A DNA stretch of 64,000 nt, taken from NCBI GenBank assembly GCA_030390025.1, contig CM059433.1, positions 31,312,001 to 31,376,000 on the forward strand, given 5' to 3'. Positions within the stretch are counted from its first letter, which is position 1. Each line of letters starts with the position of its first letter. Position numbers and translations under genes: made by a program. This DNA comes from Squalus acanthias. Its lineage: Eukaryota. The notes under the pieces were generated by a model. The model was given only the letters and a program-made list of their open reading frames with translations. It did no database searches and was not told the DNA's origin. Shown here piece by piece: positions 1 through 13,324 of this stretch.

Positions 1-650
1 ATTTCTTGCTTTCGCCCAAACTGGAAAATTTCACCAACTTTGCTTCCATCCTTCCCTCACCTTCACATGGTCCATCTCCAACTCTTCCCTTCCTTCCTTG
101 ACTTCTCTGTCTCCATTTCTGGGGATAGGCTATCGACCAATTTCCACTATAAGCCCACTGACTCACACAGCTACCTTCACTACACTTCCTCCCACCCCGC
201 TACCTGTAAGGACTCTATTCCATTCTGCCAGTTTCTCCGTCTCCGTTGCATCTGTTCAGACAATGCCACCTTCCATACCAATGCTTCCAATATGTCTTCC
301 TTTTTCCTCAACCGAGGATTCCTCTCCACCGTGGTTGACAGGGCCCTCGACCATGTCCGTTCCATTACCCGCACTTCTGCTCTCATCCATTACCATCTCC
401 CTTTGCCTTGCACCATTATCCCTTTTATCATTTAATCTCTCCTGCCTTCCACCCAATCACAGACCATCCCTTTTGTTATTTCTTCCCTTCCCCCTTTTCC
501 CTGCCTCTGTACTTGCTTAAAACCCGTTACATCTCTAACTTTTCCTACTTCTGACGAAAGGTCATCGACCGGAAACATTAACTCTGTTTCTCTCTCCACA
601 GATGCTGCCTGACCTGCTGAGTATTTCCAGTATTTTCTGTTTTCATTTCA
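1..650 (+). mobile_element. Penelope-like element (family A), RT C-terminal fragment joined to 3' end/pLTR
   Basis: ORF 40-435 reads FLDFSVSI..YKPTDSHSYLHYTSSHP..KDSIPFCQFLRLRCICS, typical of the PLE RT thumb. It is followed by CTGACGA..GAAAC at 551-576 and the recurrent tail CACAGATGCTGCCTGACCTGCTGAGTATTTCCAG. Confidence 0.85.
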
Positions 651-1040
651 GAGTAGGAGGAATGCAGATTTTGTAGGGTTGTAGGGCTGGAGGCGCTTAC
701 AGAGACAGGGAGGGGTGATACCTTGGAGGGATTTGAAAACAAGGATGAGAAGTTTAAATTCAAGGTCTTTGGGGACCATGAGCGAATGTCGGTCAACGAG
801 CACAGGGGTGATGGGTGAATGGGAATTGGTGAGAGTTAGGACACAGGCAGCAAAGTTTTGGATCAGCTTAAGTTTGTGAAGGTTGGAAGATGGGAGGCCG
901 GCCAGGAGAGCATTGGAATAGTCAAATCTGGAGGTAACAAAGGCATGGAAGAGTTTGAGCAGCAGATGAGCTGAGGCAGGGACAGAAAAGGGTAATGTTA
1001 TGGACGTGGATGTAAGCGGTTTTATGATGGAGAGGATACG
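651..1040 (-). mobile_element. L2-type LINE 3' fragment
   Basis: Same family as 6205-6547, 55185-55550 and 57005-57620. The reverse strand encodes a degenerate HITPVLxDxxW-type L2 C-terminus. Confidence 0.7.
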
Positions 1041-1224
1041 GGGTTACGGGGTTACTTAATTCTTCTGGTTAACAGACAAGTTTATATTCGTGAGGGTTTG
1101 CTACAGGCAGCAGAAAGAGGTGATCTTCAACCCAACTCCTGGAGGTCAAAGAACGATGTTCTAATTCATTTCCACCCAAAATAAGATTGTTTTAAAGCCT
1201 CAAACACAAAATTCACACAGAAAG

Positions 1225-1455
1225 AAAAGAAAAAGACTTGCATTTTATACAGCGCCTTTCATAACCTCAGAATGTTGCAAAGCGCTTTACAGCCAAGTGC
1301 TTTTGAAGTGTAGTCACCGTCGAAACGCGGCAGCAAATTTGATCCCAGTAAGGTCCCACAAACAGGAATTTAATGAGCGCCAGGTAACCTGTTTTAGTGA
1401 TGTTGGTTGAGGGCTGAGTATTGGCCAGGACACTGGGGTGAACTCCTCTGCTCCT
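1225..1455 (-). mobile_element. SacSINE1-like DeuSINE, 3' fragment
   Basis: Reverse complement of the tail ..GAAAGGCGCT..ATGCAAGTCTTT seen in the full copies. Confidence 0.75.
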
Positions 1456-1521
1456 CTAATGATCAATGTGTCACTTTGTTGGTGAAGCCGCTAACATCCT
1501 CAGCGCACATAAATTTTTAGT

Positions 1522-1985
1522 AAGAAAGAAAGAATTGCATTTATCTCATGCCTTTCATGACTTCCCAAAGCACTTTACAACCAAAGTATTCTTTGTGAAG
1601 TGTACTCACTGTTGTAATGTAGGAAATGCGTCAGCCAATTTGTGCACAGCAAGGCCCCTTAAACAGCAATGTGATAATGACCAGGTAATCTGTTTTTTAG
1701 TGATGTTGATTGAGGGATAAATATTGGCCAGGACACCTGGGAGAACTCCCCTGCTCTTTTTCGAAATTGTGCCATGGGATCTTCTACGTCCCGCCTGAGA
1801 GGACAGACGGGGCCTTGTTTTAACATCTCATCCGAAAGTCGGCACCTCCAACAGTCCAGCACTCCCTCAGCACTGCATTGTGAGTGTCAGACTAGATTAT
1901 GGGCTCAAATCTCTGGAGTGGGGCTTGAACCCACAACCTTCTGACTGAGGGGTGAGAGTGCTACCAACTGAGCCACAACTGACAC
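1522..1985 (-). mobile_element. SacSINE1-like DeuSINE, full length
   Basis: tRNA-like head (GGCTCAGTTGGTAG..GGTTCAAGCCC on minus strand), Deu-type core and L2-like tail. Confidence 0.85.
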
Positions 1986-2954
1986 TTGGGTCAGAATTGT
2001 ACTGGCCTTCGGAACCACATACAAATAAGCATAGGGACAAAGCAGCCATCCAAGATATGGCTGCCTAATACAATCTTAGCAAAATATACTGCCTGTTATA
2101 ACACACACGGGGTAGTTTTATGAGCCTGTGCTTCACACAGGGAGTCTCTCCTTTCCGCAGCACAGTATTGTGAACGTCACCCTTAGCATTTTGATTCCAG
2201 TGAGATTAAACCGTCAGGCAGAAGTCAGAAAGCAACTGAAGAGCTGGGGTTAACTGACTAATACACATTTAGAAACTGGAACTGGGCACGCTATGTAGTT
2301 TTAAAGGGCCAGCTTGTCAAATATCAACAGAATAAGATGGCAGGGTCACCAGCAACAGTGGTTCTGTTATAAGCCGGGCCCACAGGCCTCGACATTGTAC
2401 ACAGTCCTCGTTCCAAACACTGTAAATGTTTACGTATTCACATCATTCAAGCTTATATAATGATGTGGATACTGTTATGCATATAATTTGCATATTGATG
2501 TCTATGGGGGATACCTCGAGAACAATAAATTTACATGTGGGCATCGTGGGAACATTGTGATTGGGTAAAACCATGGTGCATGATTTATAATTAATGTTGA
2601 GAGGGCATTACCACTTCATAATTCAGGTTTTCCTGTCCCTTACATCTTTGAAGTGTAGTTTAAAGTTTAGAAACTTTAGACAATGCAACTTATGCACCAT
2701 TTATGAATGACTCCTCAGGAGGAAATAGCTGTAAGTAATGTCTTTATTGTAAACACCGTCTGGAAAATGTTGACACTACAACTGGAAGATTCTGATGCGT
2801 AAAACAAATTGCTTTTTTTAAGCCGCAATGCTAGAGCTTTTCTGCTGGTTCAGTGGGCGAAGACCATCCAATGTCAGGCTGAAGGAGGAATTACAAAGGT
2901 CCGATCCCTAGGCATTGCTGGTGTCAGTCAGGGTCACAGCAGGAGTTTATTTCT

Positions 2955-3180
2955 AATTCATTCTATCCTGGGATGTGGGCGTCGCTGGCAAGGCCAGCAT
3001 TTATTGCCCATCCCTAATTGCCCCCTTCTTGAACCGCTGCAGTCCCTGTGGTGAAGGTGCTCCAACAGCGCTGTTAGCGAGGGAGTTCCAGGATTTTGAT
3101 CCAGCGACAATGAAGGAACGGCGATATATTTCTGGATGGTGTGTGACTTGGAGGGGAACTTGGAGGTGGTGGTGTTCCTA
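2955..3180 (-). mobile_element. CR1/L2-supergroup LINE (family C) 3' end
   Basis: Reverse complement of the 23270-23500 tail (GGGATGGGCAATAAATGCTGGCCTTGCCAGCG). Confidence 0.8.
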
Positions 3181-4779
3181 TAATTGGTGGTGCGCTATAA
3201 TTGGGCCACTGTACTGGGGAGGGGTAGGGGGATAGGAGATGAAAAATCACCCAACTGACCTGGTGACGCTCACTGCTTGAGCTCAGAGATGAAAGATGGG
3301 CAGTTGGAAAAGGCACCAGAGGGTCGATGGACCTCTTGGAACTGTGCTTTAGCAAGAGTCAGAATCAGCATCTTCAGGAAAAGGAGGCGAGTGAGGAAAA
3401 CTGGCGGTGGGCGGGGAAGCATGATGCCGCTCTAATGATTGTACTGGAGATAATAAATTACTATAATTTACAATTAAATGAAGATAGACTGAAGAGTATT
3501 TGCACTGAGAAAATAATACAGCTTCTGCTGCCAACCAATAAAGCATTCAATTAATTCCTTGCCCAGTGAAGGCTGACATCCAAAGATGCTCGGTTTAGAT
3601 CAGTTTCTTCTCTGATTTCCATCATTTCTGCTCCTTGGCAGAAAACAGTGAAGCTGTAATCTTTACCCAAGACAGTTATGCAGTGAGAGAAATGCATCCA
3701 CTCAGAACAACATTACGAGAAGCTGCACATATCCAGATAGAGAAACACAGGGGCCGATATACAGTTGTAGCGTGCGTCGAAGGGGCAGAACGATCGCACC
3801 GCCCACCCACCGCTTGAAACTGGCGAGAAGCCTGAACCATTCTCCCGGGTGAATGAGATTGGCGAGCTGCCAGCACTCAGTGTGCAGTGGAGGGACGGCG
3901 TAGGAATTCTGGCAGCTCCCTCGTGGAGCCGAGACAGCAATCGTTACTTAGGGGCGGGGAGGTTATCCGGGGTGGGGCGGAGAGGCAGCAGTTTGGCTTA
4001 TGCATTCTTTTTTAAAGCTTCTGTTTAGGCCACTCAGTTCCCCAGTGGAACATGATGGGGTCCCATAACTGGCCTTGGACCCTGATTTAAATATTTTATT
4101 AAGGCTCCCACCTATTTTGGGCAAGACTGCCGACAGCCTATTTCAAAACTGGCTGGAAAACCAAGTCAAGCAGGTCCTCAGGTGGCTAAAGGGTTGGAGT
4201 TGTTCTTTTTTCCTTACGCTCAGTTTTTCCCGAGTGAACGAGTCGGTAGGCAGATGAAAATTTCCTCTCCCCCCTCCCATAATATAATTTATTCCCATTA
4301 TACCGGGCCACTGGTGCCTCCCATCTCAAAACCTCCAATCGGACATTGCACCAGAATTATCCTTCCCAAAGAAATCACCATTAAGCCCTGCTGGGAGGCC
4401 ACCCCACAACATCTAATTGGGGTCATGTGGCCGTAGCCAACAAGTCCAATTTATTTTCCACAACTTCCACCCCAAACCTGCTCCAAATGATTACCGCCAC
4501 TATATGGGGGATAGTACGAGCACCAGTAGCATCTCCCAGAGGCAGGTACAACATTGAGCAGGGAGGTTTACTGGAATTGAGGATTGCTGTTACTTTGCCT
4601 GCACATCAATCTGTTCGGTCAGGATTTTTGCTGAGATTTGCTCTGCAAACAATACAGCTTTGGACTGAGGATGCGGATTTATCATTGGAAGTACTTCTAG
4701 TTCTATGTTATGAAGAGGAGGAGAAGGATAAGGAGATGGAGGAGGACAGAATGTAGGTACTTACAGTAAGACAATACAG

Positions 4780-5075
4780 AAGATTGTTTCCTGCACATAG
4801 ATGCCCACTCTCTTAGACTTTTCTGATAGTGCTCAACACCACACTTCACTCTGGAGACTATTGGGAGATATGTCAACTATCGGCTTAAGATCTGCAGCTC
4901 CCTTCCACCAGGAGGTCAGCACTGTACTGACCAGGCAAAGTCATCAATGCCTTGCATTTCTTTGCCACTGGATCCTTCCAGGAAGCATTTGGTGACCTTT
5001 GCCATTTAGTCAGGCAGTAGCTCACGATTGCATCAAAAAGGTCACTGATGCTCTATTCAGTTTGGCTGTGCAATT
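4780..5075 (+). pseudogene. Old Harbinger (HARBI1-like) transposase fragment
   Basis: About 4950-5060 translates as ALHFFATGSFQEAFGDLCH/frameshift/SQAVAHDCIKKVTDALF, matching [27 protein letters not shown] of the 27-kb element. Confidence 0.75.
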
Positions 5076-6204
5076 CATATCCTGCAGTCTTTTGTTCTGA
5101 TGAGGGGTACACACATGAAATGTCATACCCTGGACCTTTCCCTTTACAGATGCTGAGTGTTCTGCTGTGCCTTTCTGCAATTTCTGTTTTTAATTCATTT
5201 ATTTATACAATTTATGGTGCTTTTGGTGAAGTCTTTTCATAGCTGAATGAAGGGAGAGGAGTAGCAGGAATTTAGTAGCATAGAGAGAAAGAAACTAATA
5301 GGAGGGGAAATAAGCTGAGAAGAAATAATTCTCATCCACATTTTATACCATGGGTACTAATCTATTACTTAGAAAGTAGTTCCTGGAGGCTTTGCTGTGC
5401 GGACTCACATCATCACTACATCGGCTGAAGATGTCCAAACTCAGGACCCTTACAGTTGGCAGAGAGAGGAGACATTGTGGATAGTTTTCCCAGTACATAC
5501 AGGCGGAAGGAGCGTTGCTTCAACATGGCAGCAAAGTTGCACACAGTCGGGCTAAGCCTGTGCCCGTATTTTTCTGTCTATTGAAATCAATGAATGGGGG
5601 ACTGTGGGCAGCGCACCCACGATTTTCGATGAGCAGCAACCATGGGCAAGGTTCCCCGCTCCTCACTGCCAGCGAGCACATTGGATCATTAATTAAGACA
5701 AGTATACCAACCCACTGGACCACCCTATACACCACAAAGTCTTTCGACGTTATACGATAGCTTCAACAATGCCACATGAGGTAGAACAAATGCTTCAGGT
5801 TATAGGATCTGAAAGTTACAAGGATGACAGACAGGAAAAGACAAGCTGGTTTATCAAGCCTGTCCCATACAGCAATGCTGCAATTAAACATCAGGACCCC
5901 AATACTCCCACCCAGCAGCAGTCAGGTCATTTTCTGGGAGAGGCAAACAAAATGTTACAAATCCCAAAGCCTGTTCAAGGAAATTCTTCTCCGAACCCCA
6001 ACAGAGATCAAAACGAGTTCCTGGAGTGGACATGGAGGCACGTCACTCACAATCCCACCTATGTTTTATACACAGTGATATCAGCCTCAACAAGGAACTG
6101 GTCCAGCTACCTTTTAAACATTCATTAGATGGCAGGATCAACACTATGTTTAATTCTGGAGTACAGGAAACCTTCTTTCTCATTGTGTATTGGGAGCTCA
6201 CCTT

Positions 6205-6547
6205 GCACCCTCGGTAAACTTGAGCTCATCCCAAACTCTGCTGTCCATATCCTAACTCGCACCAAGTCACGTTCACCCAGCACCCCTATGCTCGCTGACC
6301 TACATTGCTCTTGTTCCAGCAATGCCTCAATTTTAAAATTCTCATCTTGTTTTCAAATCCCTCCGTGGCCTCGCCCCTCCCTATCTCTGTAACCTCCTCC
6401 AGCCCTACAACCCTCTGAGATCACTGCGCTCCTCCAACTCTGGCCTCTTGTGAATCTCCGATTTCCATCGCTCCACCAGTGGCGGCTGTGCCTTCAGCAG
6501 CTTAGGCCCCGAGCTCTTGAATTCCCCTCCTAAACCCCTCCGCCTCT
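6205..6547 (+). mobile_element. L2-type LINE 3' fragment
   Basis: ORF segment KLELIPNSAVHILTRTKSRSPSTPMLADLH resembles the L2 ORF2 C-terminus. Confidence 0.75.
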
Positions 6548-6574
6548 CTAGCAGGTCGATACAAATTGCAAATG

Positions 6575-6800
6575 AAAAGAAAATGGAAAAACCTGAAATA
6601 AAGCTAGAAAATGCTGGAAAGACAGATCAGGTTTTCCTACATCTGTAAAGAGGAAAGGCAGATTTGATGTGTTCAGTGTGAATCCTTTATTCGAACTGAC
6701 CCTTCTGATGAGGGACCAGCTGTGAAACTTTAACCTGGGTTTTTTCCATGGGAATTTCAGACTGCCTGGGACAGACAGCCATTTTAAAGTTTTCAGCTTG
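6575..6800. mobile_element. Old inverted pair of Penelope 3'-end fragments
   Basis: A minus-strand PLE tail (GAAATAAAGCTAGAAAATGCTGGAAA) is followed by a plus-strand CTGATGA..GAAACTTTAAC copy. Both are highly diverged. Confidence 0.55.
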
Positions 6801-6899
6801 CACAACATGAGGCTGAAACAAGCAGTAATACTATATTAATAAAGCTACTGAAATATCAATAATAACTTTACTAATGTAATATTAATATAGCTATGAATA

Positions 6900-8015
6900 A
6901 GAATCTGTTAACTAAGGTAGAAGCCCACGGAATTGAGAGCAAATTATTGACCTGGTTAGGAAATTGGCTGAGCGGCAGGATACAGGCAGTAGGGATAATG
7001 GGCAGGTACTCAAATTGGCAGGATGTGACGAGTGGTGTCCCGCAGGGATCTGTGTTGGGGCCTCAACTATTCACAGTATTTATTAATGACTTAGATGATG
7101 ACATAGAAAGTCATATATCCAAATTTGCCGAGGACACAAAAATAGGCGGCATTGTAGGCAGTGTAGATGAAATCATATCGACAGATTAAGTGAATGGGCA
7201 AAATTGGATTTCAATGTAGGTAAATGCGAGGTCATCCACTTTGGACCTATAAAGGATAGAACAGGGTACTTTCTAAATGGTGAAAAGCTAAAAACAGTGG
7301 AGGTCCAAAGCGACTTGGGGCCCAGGTACATGGATCATTAAAAAGTCATGAACACGTACAGAAAATAATCAAAAAGACTAATGGAATGCTGGCCTTTATA
7401 TCTAGAGGACGAGAATACAAGGGGGTAGAAGACATGCTGCAGCCATACAAAACCCTGGTTAGACCACACCTGGAGTACTGTGAGAAGTTCTGGACACCAC
7501 AACTTAGGAAGGATACATTGGCCTTGGAGGGAGTGCAGTGTAGGTTTACCAGAATGATACCTGGACTTCAAGGGTTACGCTTTGAGGAGAAATTACACAA
7601 ATTAGGGTTGTATTCCCTACAATTTAGAAGGTTAAGGGATGATCTGATCGAAGTTTTCAAGATATTAAGGGGAACAGATAGGGTAGATAGAGAGAAACTA
7701 TTTCCGCTGGTTGGGGATTCTAGGACTAGCGGGCATAGTCTAAAAATTAGAGCAAGACCCTTCAGGAGTAAAATTAGGAAACACTCCTAGACACAAAGGG
7801 TGGGAGAAGTTTGGAATTCTCTTCCGCAAACGGCAATTGATGCTGATCAATTGTTAATTTTAAATCGGAGATTGATAGCTTTTTGTTAACCAAAGGTATT
7901 AAGGGATATGGAAAGGCAGGTATATGGAGTTAGGTCGCAGATCAGCCATGATCTCATTGAATGGCGGAACAGGCTCGAGGGGCTCAAGGACTACTCCTGT
8001 TCCTATGTTCCTATA
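6900..8015 (+). mobile_element. CR1 LINE, 5'-truncated (RT and 3' UTR)
   Basis: GVPQGSVLGPQLFTVFINDLD and YKTLVRPHLEYC motifs, with a CR1 3' UTR ending in GTTCCTAT repeats. Confidence 0.92.
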
Positions 8016-8059
8016 TTACAAAACTAACCAGTTTTTAAAAAAAAAGTAAACTTTGGTAT

Positions 8060-8515
8060 CATGCTTGGCTCAGTGGCCGGCACTCTCACCTCTAAGTCAT
8101 AAGATAGAGAGTTTAAGTCCCACTCCAGAAACTTGAGGACAAAATCCAGGCTGGCGCTCCCAGTGCAGTGCTGAGGGAGTGCTGCACTGTCAGAGGTACC
8201 ATCTTTCAGATGAGATGTTTAACTGAGGCCCTGTCTGTCTGTTCAGTTGGATGCAAAAGATCCCATGGCACTACTTCGAAGAGGAGCAGGGGAGTTCTCC
8301 TGGTGTCCTGACCAACATTTATCCCTCAACCATCATCAGTGAAATCGATTTTTTGACAATTTATCTCATTGCTATTTGTGGGATCTTGCTGTGTGTAAAT
8401 TGGCTGCCACGGTTCTCTATATTACAATACTGAATACACTTCCAAAGTGCATCACGGCCAACAAAGTACTTTTTTGATCGTCCAGAGGTCATGAAAGGTA
8501 TTGTATAAATGGTCT
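8060..8515 (+). mobile_element. SacSINE1-like DeuSINE
   Basis: Colinear with the copies at 18168 and 15885. Confidence 0.85.
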
Positions 8516-8896
8516 TCCTTATTGCTCTTCCCTGCCTTTCCTTTATACACTATTTTTCTCTTATATTAATCTGATTTTATTATATAACTGAAATCTACTT
8601 AGCCCATGTAATTATTTTTATATATATAAAATACTCTAAAATACCTACTCTGCTCTGGTTCTAAGTTCTACCATGAATTTTGGAAGGTAGCCAGCAAATA
8701 CAAGAAGGAATTGCCTTTGATTGCTGAAAACCAGCTCCAATGGGCCCTCGAGGCCTAGAAGCATAAAGATTGACACGGTCAGGTCAAAGGAGCAACCAAG
8801 TCAAGGTCTACACCAATAGTGGTCAGCTTTCAATCAATGGGCTTTCTCAATGGCACCCTAGGCAATGTGATTGTACCCCAATAAGATAAAATGTTA

Positions 8897-9981
8897 GGCT
8901 AGAAATTTGGTATGTTAGCGCCTCCCATTAGCGCCTGGCGGGGGCGCTAACGGGTGCTAAGGGTTTAGCGCCCGGGCGCAGCGAATGCAGCGACGCCCGC
9001 GAGCTTCAGTGCCAGTTTAGCACTGGCGCTAACTCTTAGCGCCTGGGCCTCTAGCGCCTCGCAGATCGTGATATCATAAAGTGCGCAGCGCCCCATATCG
9101 CCCCGGATGGAAAAGTCACTCGCGCCCCCTGCTTTATTGCATCGCGCCGACAATGCCAGCAAGTGGAGGCGCTGCGAACTCGGCTGGCCGCTCCAGGAGC
9201 GGTAATTAAAGGGAATGCTTTTCAGCTAGCGCAGCCTTTATTATTTGCACCAGTCTGGTGCCTGCGCAAAGTTTTCAATTTTTCATTGGTGCAAGATGTC
9301 CAAGCCCTCCACTTTGTGTGAGTGTTTGGGGCTGTAATGGCAGTTGCCCAGGTTGCCTTGCAAAACAGAACTGATGACGACTAGCTTGTGCAGCTTCATT
9401 GGCCCTTCCCTTTTACCGAGGGAAGCAGCCTCTGTGATGAAAGAGTGCCGTTCACAATGCGTTCGAAATTGTTTAGCGCTGTGCCACTACTGCCTCGCTC
9501 TCGGACTTTAGCGCCCTAAGCGAAGGGTTTAGCGCTTGATTTAGTGCTCCACTTCCCTCTTGGAGCGCTAAAACTGAATTTCACAGAATCACCACAGTGC
9601 AGATAGAGGCCATTTCGGCCCATCGAGCCTGCACCGACACATATCCCACCCTATCCCCGTAACCCCACGTATTTAATCCCCCTAACACTAAGGGTCAATT
9701 TATCATAGCCAAATCAACCTAACCCACACATCTTTGGACTGTGGGAGGAAACCGGAGCACCCGGAGGAAACCCACGCAGACACGGGGAGAATGTGCAAAC
9801 TCCACACAGACAGTCACCGGGGCCGGATTCGAGCCCGGGTCCCTGGCGCTGTGAGGCAACAGTGCTAACCACTATGCCACCGTGTTGCCCCGCGGGAGGC
9901 GAGACTGATTAGAGCCTGGTACTAATTTTTCAACTTTTACAGTTTTAGCGCCCCAAACGGGGCTATACCGAATTTCTCCCC
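8897..9981. mobile_element. Non-autonomous Harbinger-type element (MITE) with nested HE1 SINE
   Basis: Imperfect 17-bp TIRs (GGCTAGAAATTTGGTAT / ATACCGAATTTCTCCCC) and AGCGCC-rich subterminal repeats. It is a reverse-orientation relative of 24291-25183. Confidence 0.75.
9582..9890 (-). mobile_element. HE1-type V-SINE
   Basis: Minus strand has a tRNA head (GGTGGCATAGTGGTTAGCACT) and the V-domain GTGGAGTTTGCACATTCTCCCCGTGTCTGCGTGGGTTTCCTCCGGG. Confidence 0.9.
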
Positions 9982-11594
9982 ATTGAGATTACAACAGAGA
10001 AACAGAAAAACTATATAAAACAACAGAAAAAACTATATAAAACAACTGTCCCTACACCATTCTCGGTTACAACAACAACTTACATTTATACAGCGCCTTT
10101 AACATAGTAAAACCTCCCAAGGCGCTGAACAAGAGTGTTAAGAGAATGGGCTTAACTAGAGACTGGTCTAGTGTATCAATACGGGATAGTTTGTTTCAAA
10201 TCCAGCAATTAGAGTTTGTCATTTGGATTTTATGCATTGTAGTTTTCTGTATCCGAACCATTGAGTCAAATTTAGAATTTATAACCCTTATATTTTTAAT
10301 GAAAGAGTGCTTATCTGTCAAGATGTGAACTGTTCAATTTATTCCTTGTGAGCAAAGAACATAGACGATATAGGCAGAAATTACACTGTCAATTATTCAT
10401 ATTAGTTGCAGGGGTAAGCTCTACAGGTTCATTGAAGTTTAGATTGGTTGACATATTTAAGTCAAGAGGCACTTTCTTCCCATGGCATGTGTGCATTTTA
10501 AAATTCAGTAATTGAGGTTAAAAGAGGAGGCATTAGCTTGGTTGTCCACTTTGAAATATGTTCAGTTTACCCTGATCACACGACGCCAAATGAATAATTC
10601 CCACTTGCAAAGGCAATCTATAATCCAATTTGCCTGTAGTAAAAGCTGGGGTACACGGCTAAATGCTGGCATCTACAACTGAGGGTGTAAATCAAATTAT
10701 ACAACACAACCAATAGCTGATAAATAGCTGCAATTAATTACTTAAAACCCTGGCTACTTAATAATTTACCTTCTAAAATGGAGGAATGAGAAAGAGGATA
10801 AACCACTCGACGGCTAAAGACATTTTGCATAGAAATGTAACCCGGAGAGAAGAATAATGAATGCAGCTTGTCAATTAATTCTCAACTGCTCTTTTACCCT
10901 CACTTCCTTAACAAAAGACAGACAGGTTTGTAAAGTAAACAAAGTGGCCATATTGGCTGTGTTCCATATGAAACGGTAACGAGAGCCTAGAAATTCGGGT
11001 GCGCCCATTTTGGGCACGTGGGGGGAGGGGGGATTAGGACCCCAGGGTGCATTCCCTAGGCCTGAATGGTGAGGCCCAAGGCTCCCCGATACTGGGCCTT
11101 GGGCCTCGCTGCAATGTAGCTGGCGAGCTGCGGAGAGTGAGAGGCAGCTCACCTGGCAAAGGGTCGTTGAAGATCGTGCTGCTACGACGCTAGCCCCGGC
11201 CCTCAGGCAAGTGAGGAAGGGGGGGCGCAAATAGTGGGAATCGGTGGCCAGGTCTCGGTGGGGTGGGGGTGGGGTGGTGGGGAATCAGTAACTGGTGGGG
11301 GCAGAGGGAGGAGAAGGACGTGCCTGCGTTATTTTAATGTAGGGTCGGAAGGAACACTCCGGTTCCTCCCGGCTTCACATTCAGGTAAGTATGGAGGCCT
11401 CCGGTTAGCGCCCCATTGTTCTGTGAGAGTACAGTCTGTGGCGACTGAAACACTGGGGTGTTCGAAAATCGACAACACGTCCTGCAAGAAGCACAGGTCC
11501 CCAAATTAAATAAATGATTTCCACCTTTGATTGTTCCCGACGTGCGCTCCCGACACCAACGCAACCATCTTATCCAAGAGGGCAGGCAGAGCGC

Positions 11595-12282
11595 TTTTGA
11601 TTGAAGGATAAATATTGGCCAGGACACCAGGAGAACTCCCTTGCTCTTTTTTTAAAAATAGTGCCATGGCAATCAGCTGTGAGTATAGACTGGGGCCTCG
11701 GTTTAACATCTCATCTGAAACACAGCACCTCTGACAGTGCAGCACTCCCGAAGTACTGCACTGAAGCGCCAATCTAGATGATGTCCTCCAGTTCTGACAA
11801 AAGGTCTCTCATCTGATTCTCTCTCCACGGATGCTGCCTGGCCTGCTGAGTATTTTCAGCATTTTCTGTTTTTATTTCAGAATTCCAGCATCCGCAGTAT
11901 ATTGCTTTTGTTCATGTACTCAGGTGTCTGGAGTGGTGCTTGAACAGGGTTGCCAACCCTCCAGGATTGCCCTGGAGTCTCCAGGAATTAAAGATTAATC
12001 TCCAGGACACTGCTACTTCCAGAAGTATCTTAGGGATATTAAAATCATAGGGATATTATTTTTTTTTAAAAGTGTGTTTGTTTTCCCATTTTCTTTGAAC
12101 AATTTCATTTATTAGTTATAAAAATATTGGAGATGGTTGAAAAAATGCTGTTTGAGTGGGCAGGGCAGTTGTAAGTCACGTGACAAAACCTCAATCAATA
12201 CATCCAACCAGAGTTGGCAACCCTAAGCGTGGACCTACGACCTTCTGCCTCAGAAGCGAGAGTGCTACCCACTGAGCTAAGG
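11595..12282 (-). mobile_element. SacSINE1-like copy interrupted by a Penelope tail (about 11788-11912) and a hAT-like MITE
   Basis: SINE segments resume on either side of both inserts. Confidence 0.75.
11945..12225. mobile_element. hAT-like MITE
   Basis: TIR CAGGGTTGCCAAC / GTTGGCAACCCTA with a degenerate 8-bp flank duplication (TGCTTGAA / AGCGTGGA). Confidence 0.7.
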
Positions 12283-12750
12283 CGTGAGACTTTTTTTTAA
12301 AAGCTTGGAAAGTGCTGATGTTAACTTCAGAGTAAAAATATTTAACATGTTCATGGGAAATTCCTGTGACTGCTATTTTAAGGGAGACATGAACCCATTT
12401 GTAATGAACGGATTAATACCTGCATAAAAATAACTGTCGCACAAAAGCATTCAACCACCAATATCACCAACAGTCATTTTGAGGCTGCAGAGTACACAAT
12501 AGATAAAGCTGGCAATTAACTCACATCTTGTACTGCATGCCTCACTGTCACTTCCTGTGTGTGTATGCTGTAAACTAGATAAATTATAGGCTCACCATAG
12601 TGGAGAACTTCACTTGCGAGAGCAGGGCAAGTTGTGTCAGTGATGGAGGAGTCAGTATTAATTAATAGAGAAGACAGACAATATTAAATACATGTATAGT
12701 ACAATCCCTAAATATCTCCTGTACAAATTATACACCTTTGAGGTACATTT

Positions 12751-13198
12751 GGGCAACATGGTGGCATAGTGGTTAGCACTGGTGCCTCACAGCGCCAGGG
12801 ACCCGGGTTCGAATCTGGCCTCGGGTGACTGTCTGTGTGGAGTTTGCACATTCTCCCCGTGTCTGCGTGGGTTTCCTCCGGGTGCTCCGGTTTCCTCCCA
12901 CAGTCCAAAAATGTGCGGGTTAGGTTGATTTGGCTATGATAAATTGACCCTTAGTGTTAGGGGGGGATTAAATATGTGGGGTTACGAGGATAGGATGGGA
13001 TATGTTAGGGGGAATTAAATATATGGGGTTATGGGGACAGGGTGGGATATGTGTCGGTGCAGGCTCGATGGGGATTCTGTGATGAGAGAGTAGGGACAGG
13101 GTACTGGATTTGGATGATCAGCCATGATCGTATTGAATGGTGGAGCAGGCTCGACGGGCCGAATGGCCTACTCCTGCTCCATGTTTCTATGTTTCTAT
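12751..13198 (+). mobile_element. HE1-type V-SINE with internal duplication and added CR1 3' tail
   Basis: tRNA head and V-domain, a duplicated TGTTAGGGGG..GGGATATG unit, then a CR1 tail ending in ATGTTTCT repeats. Confidence 0.88.
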
Positions 13199-13324
13199 TT
13201 ACAGTATGTGTGTGATATATATATATATACACACACACACAAGTGTCAGGTCCTATACAGTATGTATTGTGCATAGACAGGTAGATAGAAATAGATGCAG
13301 TGATAGACAAAAAAACTGCGATTT

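Noticed and set aside
10000..10046. Short tandem duplication AACAGAAAAACTATATAAAAC
   Set aside because: Ordinary slippage with no sign of function.
12751..12825. tRNA gene
   Set aside because: This is the tRNA-derived head of an HE1 SINE. The same applies to the other SINE heads.
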